This document shows positions 23,977 through 32,847 of a DNA stretch of 32,847 nucleotides, one piece after another. This DNA comes from Chiloscyllium plagiosum (taxonomy: Eukaryota). Positions within the stretch are counted from its first letter, which is position 1. Each line of letters begins with the position of its first letter. Made by a program: the position numbers and the translations under genes. The notes beneath the pieces were generated by a model. It was not told the DNA's origin. It did not search any database and was given only the letters and a program-made list of their open reading frames with translations. The stretch is from contig NC_057718.1 of the NCBI RefSeq assembly GCF_004010195.1, positions 84,979,968 through 85,012,814 on the forward strand. The letters are read 5' to 3'.

Positions 23977-24329
23977 AGAAGGTCACAGCCAGCAATAGTT
24001 GCTGATGATTGCACTGTTCAGTGCATTGTGATAAATGCTGTATGACTGCAAGTTAAGTATGGACTGCAAGTTTAAAAAAAAACAGGATTGTGTGAAGCTG
24101 TTATCCCCTAGTATTTTATTTGCTCTGTAGAAGTACTACCCATAACAGTTATTGGTAGCAGTCACCGATGCACAGTCCTTGTGAAGATGAAGTCCTTTGT
24201 CCATACTAAGGGCACCCTCCATTGTATTGTGTGGCACTGTGTTAAGTGGGATAAGTTCAGATTAGATTTAGGATCACAATAATGGGTATCCATGAGGCAG
24301 AAACAGTAGCATAATTTTTTTCCACCACA

Positions 24330-24935
24330 GTATTTAATATTCCAATAGGACGAGTTCCTTAATCTGTCTAAACATGGTGCTAATGCAGTATAACATGTTC
24401 GTAGACCTGTATTGCAGTTTCACTGGGTTGGTACCTCATCTTTAGGTATCCATCACGTTGTTCTTAGCAAGCTCTCTTCTAGTTCTTATTGATCCAGGAT
24501 TGGTCCCTTGGCTTGACTGGAATGGGAGATTAAAGAATATGTCCTATTGGAGGGTTCAAGATTGTGGTATAAAATTTATGCTGCTGTTTCTGCTACCCCA
24601 CAGTGCTTAATGGATGTTCAATGTTGTGCTGCTAAATCTGATCTGAATTTATCTCAGTTAACACAGTTGTCATCTCTCATAATACAAGGGAGGGTCTCCT
24701 TAGTGTGGAGAGAGGACTTCATCTTCGCAAGGACCATACGTTGGTCATTGGCAGCAATAACTGTGCTGGGCAGGTGTATCTATGGTATGTGGATTGGGGG
24801 GATGATAGAAGAAGTATATTTTTCCCTTGGTTAAAGTTCTCATCACTTACATAAAGCTCTGCTTGGCAGATTTAGGGCATGCTAGCTCGGTCAGTAGTTT
24901 TTCTTCCCCAACCACTCTTGCTGATGGCTTCCCAT
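24330..24935 (-). mobile_element. Old LINE endonuclease/linker region (same group as 16900-18170)
   Basis: Minus-strand HQQEWLG..TTDRA and similarity to 16960-17015 and 17555-17640. Confidence 0.6.
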
Positions 24936-26650
24936 ACAGAGTTGATTTAATAACTTTGCTATTCGTGGTAATTTTTAACTTGAACAAACTGTGTCTCCCT
25001 ATATGATCAGGATACAAACTTTATTTTAAACTCTTTTTCTTGGCATAAATGTGAATTAAGCAGTCACGTTCTCAAATTTGCTTTCTGCGAAACCTTACAA
25101 ATGAATGCTCTGCTTTGTCATCTTAATTAAACTGAGGATTTCCAACAAATGGAAATATATTGGTTGAGCTGAGAAATTAAACCACTGAAGGTTGTGTGCT
25201 GGTTAATAGGCACAACGTGAACTAGAACATTTGCCCGTTCTATCTGGGAGCAAATCCAAATTGATGTGCTGAAATCTTTTCTTCCTTTTGAAATATGACT
25301 TTTATAAATTGATCGACCTTTAGTAGAGCAAATGTCATTTCAAGCACACACAGTCCTGAGCATAACACTGATCATAATTTGGGACTAATTGACTTGTTCC
25401 CTACGAGAAGTAAATTGTTGGGACAAAGGAGATGATGCTGTATGCATTGCACCACATACCAAGATTTAATGTAGAGGTGCAAAATATTCCACTCCTCAGC
25501 ATGAAGTGTGTAATGAATGAAAAATCAGTCTTTTTAGTGAGGTCATTTGTTCAGGGACCTAATGGACAATTATTATTTGAACAACTGAATTACCTTCATG
25601 GGTGACTCTCTGAAAAGTGTCTCGAAGGCACAGGGCGAGCTTGCTCATCTGGTAATCACGATCTTGGTTCACTCTGACATTCTATTCAGGCTACTGAACC
25701 TTGGTAGGTGGTGACAAATATGTGCATGTTGTAGGTTGATCAGCCAATAAAGTGAGTACCTGTGAGTTCAGTATGTTGCAATGAACAAAAATTGGCTAAA
25801 TTTGAATATGCAGTTCATACATGTTGATGATACAGAACTTGGAAGCATTATGAACTGAGGAGGATATGGTAAACCATTAACAGGACATTGAAAAGTTGGT
25901 AAAGTGGTTGGATAGGTGATATATGGAGTTCAATTTTGAAAAATATGAGGTGGTGTATTTTTGTAGGAAGAACATGGAGATCTGAAAACAAAGGGTATAA
26001 CTCTAGAGGAGTGTAGGAGTGCATGTATACTTGGGTATACAAGTATTTAAAGTATGTACAAGTACTTACTTAGGCTTAAGTATTTAAAGGTGGCAAGACA
26101 GGCTGAGGGAAGTAGTGGAGCAGGATGACTAAATCACTTGACATTTGGAGTCGACTTCCAGCATTAAAGAGTTTATAGATGTTACATTGGTGGGAAGAAA
26201 CCTCTGAGGGGTCCAGAAGCTGCTTTCCTGAGCAAAGGCAAGATGTACACTTCTATACATTTTTATCCCACCTTTAGTGATTACAGATCAGTCATGTTAT
26301 GAATTAATTACATACACACCTAATCAAATTAATCAGTGATCGTATGGTCAGTGATGGGCAGCCTTACAGACAACCCCAGGTATTCCCATGAACTGTATTT
26401 ACTAGCCATCCTATCTTTAACCTTGGATCTTTACAGTACATCTTATTCAATCCACATTCCAGTGCCTGCTGATTTATGCATCTGTAATTCAGTTCTCCCT
26501 CTAAACAGTGTGGGGGGGGTCTTTCCTGCTGTCTGAGGAATTGTTTATCCATAGGAATTTTTGGAATTTTTCTCATGCTTAGTTTTTTTTAAAGAAAATT
26601 ATATTGAAAATCTAAACTGATTATCTGGCAGTCTGAACTAAATTTATGTT

Positions 26651-26690
26651 GCAGACGTTTCGTCCCCTGTCTAGGTGACATCCTCAGTGC
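26651..26690 (-). ncRNA. Minimal type I hammerhead ribozyme motif (intact core)
   Basis: Minus strand GCA-CUGAGGA-U-GUC(acctagacaggg)GAC-GAAA-C-GUC-UGC: stem I GCA/UGC, stem II GUC/GAC, palindromic ACGU helix III and a GUC cleavage triplet. Confidence 0.78.
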
Positions 26691-26845
26691 TTGGGAGCCT
26701 CCTGTGCAGCGCTTCTGTGATCTTTCTTCTGGCATCTGTAGTGGTTTGAATCTGCTGCTTCCAGTTATCAGTTCCAGCTGTCCGTTGCAGTGGCCGGTAT
26801 ATTGGGTCCAGGTCGATACAGAAGCGCTTCACAGGAGGCTCCCAA

Positions 26846-26885
26846 GCACTGAGGATGTCACCTAGACAGGGGACGAAACATCTGC
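26846..26885 (+). ncRNA. Hammerhead motif, sense copy with GUC->AUC change
   Basis: GCA-CUGAGGA-U-GUC..GAC-GAAA-C-AUC-UGC; the ACGU palindrome is broken (ACAU). Confidence 0.6.
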
Positions 26886-27721
26886 AACACAAATTCCCAG
26901 CTCGGCGAACAGAACAACAACAACGAGCACCCGAGCTACAAATCTTCACACAAGCTTTGAAGTCTGAACTAAAGTAAGTAGATCTTTTCTGTTTGTGATG
27001 GATTTCAGACCTTAAATCAGCGAGGTATGGAATTTTTCTGTCAGCATATTCAAGGGTGTCCTGATCCAGCTGTCTCAATGTAAACAACTGCAGTTGTGTT
27101 TGCAACACGGCACTTTGCAGACTGTCTTAATCTTATTACCTTGGATATATTCTGTCTACAAAGCTACAACTGTCCTAACTTATGGTTTACTTCAATACAT
27201 ACTACACTAAACAAGCTACTACTTCAGCTGAAAATCCTCTCTGTCACTTTTGGCCTTTTTATGTGGCTTTTATGCTATGGGTAGTCCCAATAGTGTCCTG
27301 GGATTTGTTAATATGGGCATTGAATGCAATAGCAAGGAGGTTATTTTGAATTTGTATAAGACTCTTAAGTTGGCCTCAGCTGGTGTTGATGTCTATTTTG
27401 CTCCACAACTTTGGATGGCACAGGTTATCCGTACAACAGCAGTGGCTTTGTTATCGGACAGTCGGCAAGAGATTCAAGTGTCTCCAAAGTAGCCGTGTGT
27501 CGACTTGTGGTGACACTTCTCCACTAATCTCTGCCCTACACCGAGACAGTACATTTGTAAGAATTTTTAAAACAGTTTATCAGTCACATGGGCAATTGTC
27601 ACCACATAGTTTAAAGTAGGTAATTATGAATTTACAAAGCCCGATGAATGTCAATGTCCTGTGATAATATGTGACTGGATTACAGAAACTGATTATCGTA
27701 TTCTTCATGATTGTATTGATG

Positions 27722-27880
27722 GTTAAAAATCTCACAACACTAGGTTATAGTCCAACAGGTTTATTTGGAAGCACTAGCTCTCGGAAAGTTAGTGCTTCCA
27801 AATGAACCTGTTGGACTATAACCTGGTGTTGTGAGATTTTTAACTTTTGTACACCCCAATCCAACACTGGCATCTCCAAA
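27722..27880. mobile_element. PLE fold-back mini-element (second family), near-perfect hairpin with TSD
   Basis: Arms 27722-27783 / 27784-27844 with essentially no spacer, tail gtacacccc..catctccaaa, and TSD attgtattgatgg / attgtgttgatgg (27710-27722 / 27880-27892). Confidence 0.88.
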
Positions 27881-28311
27881 TTGTGTTGATGGGAAGAGAT
27901 TAAGGCAGAAGGGTTTTGCCTGTTGTAAATAGGGGATTCACATAGCTATGCTAATATTGAGGGGAAGTAAGACTGTGGGAGTGGGAGGCAGTTTAACAGG
28001 GTTGTGGCCAAGGCTATCAGTCTTGTCTGGGGCTACAGGGGGAATCCACATGTGTGGCTCCAATAGGCTCTATTTCTGAGATACAGTTAACCTCCCCCCT
28101 ACTGAGATGTTCTGTCTGTATTGTAAGAGTACAGGCTTGATACTGCAGTAAGTCCTTTGGCAGTGGAATGTTTAACTCTTGAGTCCCCAATGTGTCTTGA
28201 AAGAGAAGTAAAGCATGGAACTGACCCCTCTGTGGCATTTTAACTTACTCACTGGTGTCTGGGACCTTACTTTTGGAGGGCTGTGAAAGCAGGCATTGGA
28301 GATATTACAGA

Positions 28312-28390
28312 CCACCTGATGACGGAGCAGAGCTCCGATAGCTAGTGCTTCCATTAAACCTGTTGGACTGTAACCTGATATTGTGTGATT
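28312..28390 (+). mobile_element. Single PLE pLTR fragment (second family) with hammerhead motif (GAAA->GATA)
   Basis: CAC-CUGAUGA-C-GGAGC-aga-GCUCC-GAUA-G-CUA-GUG, flanked by the repeat attacaga (28304-28311 / 28388-28395). Confidence 0.8.
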
Positions 28391-29744
28391 ACAGAACAGG
28401 TTTGCTGGCATGGGGAATTTTAGTTAAATTGGATTGAAGACGCTAGGATTGTGTCCCTTGGAGAAGAGAAGGCTACAGGAGATTTGACTGAAGTATTCGA
28501 AATCATGGGTGATCTGACCTGTGTAAATAAGGAGAAATTGTTCCCTTTTCTGAAAAGATTGAGCATGGGAGGGCATGGGCTTAAGCATTTTTAAAAAAAA
28601 TGCAAACATGATTCCAGTGCAATCAGTGGGTAGCATCTGTAATTCACTGGCTGAAAGTATGATTGAAGCCAACTCAATCAAGACATTCAAAAGATGGTTC
28701 CTTGAAAAGGAAGAATGTATAGGGTTAGGGGAGAAGACAGGAGATGGCACTAAACTGGTCATTTGGAGAACCAGCAAATGATGGGCCAAGTGACCTCCTT
28801 TTGTACTGTGGTGATTCTGTATTTAATAAAATCTGATGACACTCACATTGCTTCAGGTACATGCTTAATTGTATGAATATTTTAGAGGAGTGGGGGCCAA
28901 TTCAGGAGAGCAGTGGAAATGCACTATGTACTTCCTTAAAATGAAGTACTACATTCCAACTTCTATAAACTGATTCTGAGAAGGCTGAAAGCAGTGTACA
29001 AGAGTGGAATGAATGTGATTGATTTTTATGCATGAACATTGGAGGGAGTGGGGGAAGCAATTTTAGGTATTGTACAAGATGAATGTAGTGCAACTGAATA
29101 TACACCAAGTTGAAGTGTTTAATGTTCAAGGTTAGTGACAACAGAATTTGAAAAATAATATATTCCTTCCATGAAGATAAATATGATTGCCACATTTTTT
29201 TGGACTTTCAGGAGAGCAAGCAAATTTACTTATCAAGATGATTTACTTATCAAGTAGCCAGTTTCAATAAGATTGAATTGAGAATTAATGGCTGCCCATT
29301 AATTTCTTTATGTATTTGAACTTCAAAAATTTTAATGGAATTTTGAATTTGAAGGTGTCATTATTAGGACAGCTGTCGTGACTTGAGTTCATTGTAGAAT
29401 GCAGTGAAACTAGTATGATCAGAGTCTTTTTGTGCAATGAATTGGTTGGTTGAAACTGGAATTTATTGCATTTAAGTTGTACTACAATTCGTTCCAGTTC
29501 AATTTCATGGAATGCTTCTTTACCTGTTATAAATCTCCATTTCCAAAGATAATAGATCCACTGCAACTGCAGTGATTATATAGAATTGACATTGGAAACA
29601 AATGTTTGCTGATTTTTCTGAGATAGCATTGATGTATTTTAAAGAGTTGCTTGATGCAAACATGAGAGCAGATAGCATGATAAAGGGTAGTAAAAGCCAA
29701 CTAGAATTGGAGGAGAGTCATGTGAAATATAAACAACAAAGATA

Positions 29745-30130
29745 AAAAAAACTTGCACTTGTAACAGTAAATCTTTAAACCTCCAAACATCCAAAAATGT
29801 TTTATAACCAATTGTGTGCTTTGAAGGCCAATCATTGTTGTAATATAGGAAGTGTGGGTGCCAACTTACACGCAGTAAGCTCCCCCAAATGGCAATATGA
29901 TAATAAGCAACTTGGTTCTAAGAAATAGATGTTGACCATACTATCAGGGATGTAATAGCCCTATTCTTCTGTCAAAATAGTTCAGTGGAATCTTCTACAT
30001 TTGCCTGAGAGGGCCCACTGGGTGCACTTTAAAGTCTCATCTGAAAGATGACACCTTCAATAATGAAGCATTCCCTTGGTAGTGCATTGGATTATCAGTT
30101 TTAAGACTTAAACTAAAAGTGCTATTGACT
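29745..30130 (-). mobile_element. Deu-domain SINE
   Basis: aacttgcactt..ttttgaagg..ttgtaatataggaa..ctattcttct..ggaatcttctacatttgcctgagagggc..gtctcatctgaaagatgacacct. Confidence 0.72.
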
Positions 30131-30489
30131 AAACACTATTATTGAAGTCAATGGTTATACTTTAAAATACACAACAGAACTTCACCTTGATTGAAAAAAA
30201 ATCAATATGCACATGTCTGCTAAATAATTGTTCAGTTTTCCTAGATCTAGCCCAAAATGAATCTTGCTTCCAGACTGCAGAACCAGTCACCTAAGCCTCT
30301 TCATTTTACTTTTAAAGATGTGGTCCCAGAACATAAAATTATTATAATCCTTACCAACGGTAATGGCTAAGGATCCCAACTGCCTTTTTACAACTTCCTG
30401 TCTGAAAGTTGGCAAAACACATGTGTATGTAGTCTTCAATGTCTCCCTGAGTATTTTAGAAACCAAATAGTATAATTTTAATGCCTATC

Positions 30490-30695
30490 CTCAATCTTAC
30501 AAGGCTTAATAGGGTAGATGCAAGAGGACATTTCTTCAGGTTGGGGAATCTAGACCAGGGAACAGTACCTCAGAATAAAGGGCAGGTCATTTAGGACTGA
30601 GATGATAGAATTGCTTCATTCAGAGTGGTAAATCTTTTAGAATTCTTCGTCCTAGAGAGCTGTAGATGTTCCATCATTGAGTATATTCAAGACAG
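30490..30695 (+). mobile_element. CR1 3' fragment
   Basis: ggcttaatagggtagatgc..ggggaatctagacc..aagggcaggtcatttaggactgagatg..tattcaagacag. Confidence 0.7.
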
Positions 30696-30696
30696 G

Positions 30697-31131
30697 AATT
30701 TGTAAGAAGATCTCCGTTATCTGTAAGAATAATCGGGTGATTATGGTAGGGGATTTTAACTTTCCAAACATTGACTGGGAATGCCATAGTGTTAAGGGAG
30801 AGGAATTAAGTATAGACAAAATTTTCTGATTCAGTATGTGGATGTACCTATTAGAGAAGGTGCAAAACTTGACCTACTCTTGGAAAGAAAGCAGGGCAGG
30901 CGACTGAGGTGTCAGTGGGGAGCACTTTGGGGCCAGTGATCATAATTCTATTAGTTTTAAAATAGTGATGAAAAAGGATAGACCACACCTAAAAGTTGAA
31001 GTTCTAAATTGGAGAAAGACCAATTTTAATGGTATTAGGCAAGAAATTTCAAAAGCTGATTGTTGGCAGATGTTCGCAGATAAAGGGACAGCTGGAAAAT
31101 GGGGAGCCTTCAGAAATGAGATAACAAGTCC
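30697..31131 (+). mobile_element. CR1 ORF2 endonuclease fragment (same family as 1176-2994)
   Basis: MVGDFNFPNIDW, GAKLDLLL, KDRPHLKVEVLNWRK..FRNEIT; an inverted, highly similar match to about 1781-2222. Confidence 0.92.
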
Positions 31132-32584
31132 AGATGTACAGCATGGAAACAGACCCTTCGATCCAACTCATCCATGCTGACCAGAAATACCAATCCAATC
31201 TAGTCCCACCTGCCAGCACCCGGCCCATATCCCTCCAAACCCTTCCTATTCATATACCCATCCAAATGTCTCTTAAATATTGCAATGTACCAGCCTCCAC
31301 CACTTCCTCTGGCAACTCATTCCATACTCGTATCACCCGCTGTGTGAAAAAGTTGCCCCTTAGGTCTCTCTTTTTTTATATCTTTCCCCTCTCACCCTAA
31401 ACCTATGCCCTCTAGTTCTGGACTCCCTGACCCCAGGGAAAAGACTTTGTCTATTTACCCTATCTATGCCCCTCATAATTTTGTAAACCTCTATAAGGTC
31501 AAGAAAGCATACCAAATGCCTTCTTCACTATCCTATCTACCTGCGACTCCACTTTCAAGGAGCTATGAACCTGCCCTCCAAGGTCTCTTTGTTCTGCAAC
31601 AGTCCCTAGGACCTTACCATTAAGTGTATAAGTCTGCTAAGATTTGCTTTCCCAAAATGCAGCACCTCTCATTTATCTGAATTAAACTCCATCTGCCACT
31701 TAGCCCATTGGCCCATCTGGTCAAGATCCTGTTGTAATCTGAATTAACTCTCTTTGCTGTCCACTACACCTCCAACTTTGGTGTCATCTGCAAACTTACT
31801 ATATCTTTTATGCTCACATCCCAATCATTTATGTAAATGATTAAAAGTAGTGGTCCCAGCACTGATCCTTGTGGCACTCCACTGGTCACAGCCTGAAAAA
31901 CAACCCTCCACCACCACCCTCTGTCTTCTCCCTTCGAGCTAATTTTGTATCCAAATGGCTAGTTCTCCCCGTATTCCATGCGATCTAACCTTGCTAACCG
32001 GTCTCCCGTGGGGAACCTTGTCGAACGCCTTACTGAAGTCCATATAGATCACATCTACCGCTCTGCCCCCCTCAATCCTCTGTGTTACTTCTTCAAAACT
32101 TCCCACGCACAAAGCCATGTTTACTATCCCTAATCAACCCTTGCCTTTCCAAATACATGTGCATCCTTTGCCTCAGGATTCCCTCCAACAACATGCCCAC
32201 CACTGATGCCAGGCTAACTGATCTCTAGTTCCCTGGCATGTCCTTACCATCTTTCTTAAACAGTGGCACCACGTTAGCCAATCTCCAGTCTTTCAGCACC
32301 TCACCTGTGACTATCGATGATACAAATATCTCAGTAAGAGGCCAGCAATCGCTTCCCACAGAGTTCTAGGGTATGCCTGATCAGGTCCTGGGGATTTATC
32401 CACTTTTATGCATTTCAAGACATCCAGCATTTCCTCTGTAAAATGGACATTTTTCAAGATGTCCCTGCATTCTATATCTTCCATGTCCTTTTCCACAGTA
32501 AATACTGATGCAAAATACTCATTTAGTACCTTCCCCCATCTCCTGCGGCTCCACACAAAGGTCGCCTTGCTGATCTTTGAGGGG
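31132..32584 (-). mobile_element. CR1 LINE (RT to 3' end) with internal deletions
   Basis: Minus-strand LNEYFASVFTVEKD, KSPGPD, GVPQGSVLGP and KFADDTK; the 3'UTR (rc gatgtacagcatggaaacagaccc) is at 31132. Confidence 0.93.
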
Positions 32585-32847
32585 ACGGAAATGTGTTGCT
32601 GGAGAAGCGCAGCAGGTCAGGCAGCATCCAGGGAACAGGAGAATCGACGTTTCGGGCATTAGCCCTTCTTCAGGAATGAGGAAGGTTTGTCCAGCAGGCT
32701 AAGATAAAAGATAGGGAGGAGGGACTTGGGGGAGGGGCGTCGGAAATGTGATAGGTGGAAAAAGGTCAAGGTGAGGGTGATAGGACAGATTGGGGTGGGG
32801 GGGGAGAGGTCGGGAAGAAGATTGCAGGTTAGGGAGGCGGTGCTGAA
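32585..32847 (-). mobile_element. Penelope-like element pLTR/3' region inserted into the CR1; runs out of the window
   Basis: aaatgtgttgctggagaagcgcagcaggtcaggcagcatcc... is similar to 7555-7635 and 17025-17105, followed by G-rich PLE sequence. Confidence 0.88.
32641..32677 (-). ncRNA. Minimal hammerhead ribozyme motif (intact core)
   Basis: Minus strand AUUC-CUGAAGA-A-GGGC-uaau-GCCC-GAAA-C-GUC-GAUUC; ACGU palindrome; weak stem I with a U-U mismatch. Confidence 0.7.

Larger units (their letters stand above)
26643..26960. mobile_element. Young PLE-derived fold-back insertion (fourth family), 318 bp with 13-bp TSD
   Basis: Near-perfect inverted arms 26643-26718 / 26818-26893. The spacer encodes DLDPIYRPL on the minus strand (resembling a PLE ORF C-terminus), followed by a 3' tail. 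TSD agtctgaactaaa (26630-26642 / 26961-26973). Confidence 0.92.
25790..28820 (+). mobile_element. Very old CR1 ORF2 3' half in pieces (about 25790-26100, 27285-27410, 28420-28820) separated by insertions
   Basis: A decayed ADDT (gttgatgatacagaa), LGFVNMGIECNSKEVILNLYKTL, LEKRRLQ.DLTEVF and a 3'UTR gatgggccaagtgacctcc. Confidence 0.6.

Noticed and set aside
29224..29253. atttacttatcaag repeated twice (also aagtatttaaag twice at about 26041-26089)
   Set aside because: Simple local duplications; not a CRISPR-like or other array.
30531..30560. tttcttcAG|GTTGGGG resembles the start of the next ABHD12 exon (G-W-G-D-S)
   Set aside because: It reads W-G-I-stop and lies inside a CR1 3' fragment; the true next exon is probably beyond the window.
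1..32847. Prokaryotic-type systems (operons, CRISPR, defence islands) or an intact autonomous transposon
   Set aside because: The sequence is vertebrate intronic DNA, and all TE reading frames are broken by stops, frameshifts or deletions.

Overview
Eukaryotic (vertebrate, almost certainly elasmobranch/shark) genomic DNA, not prokaryotic. The window lies inside the ABHD12 gene (+ strand). Two small coding exons are visible, 6430-6460 (..GGDHRVQLYK) and 23050-23095 (VLSSQGYHVVAFDYRG), separated by a 16.6-kb intron. The rest is intronic and dominated by decayed, often nested transposons: several CR1-clade LINEs, a Tx1/L1-clade LINE, two solo-LTR-like elements, HE1-type, Deu-domain and other tRNA-derived SINEs, and about ten Penelope-like element (PLE) pieces from roughly four families. 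None of the ORFs in the supplied track is an intact host gene. The most notable signal is a set of short PLE-derived fold-back elements, several with target-site duplications, that carry minimal hammerhead-ribozyme cores. The intact cores are antisense to ABHD12, and every sense-strand core is damaged. Also notable: a duplicated LINE fold-back junction on both sides of the 46-nt exon, highly similar inverted CR1 copies bracketing both exons, repeated microhomology-bounded internal deletions, and ETS-CRE-like motifs at the 5' end of a PLE. There is a 166-N assembly gap at 17206-17371. All family assignments come from recognising motifs by eye, no database searches were run, and boundaries of old elements are approximate.
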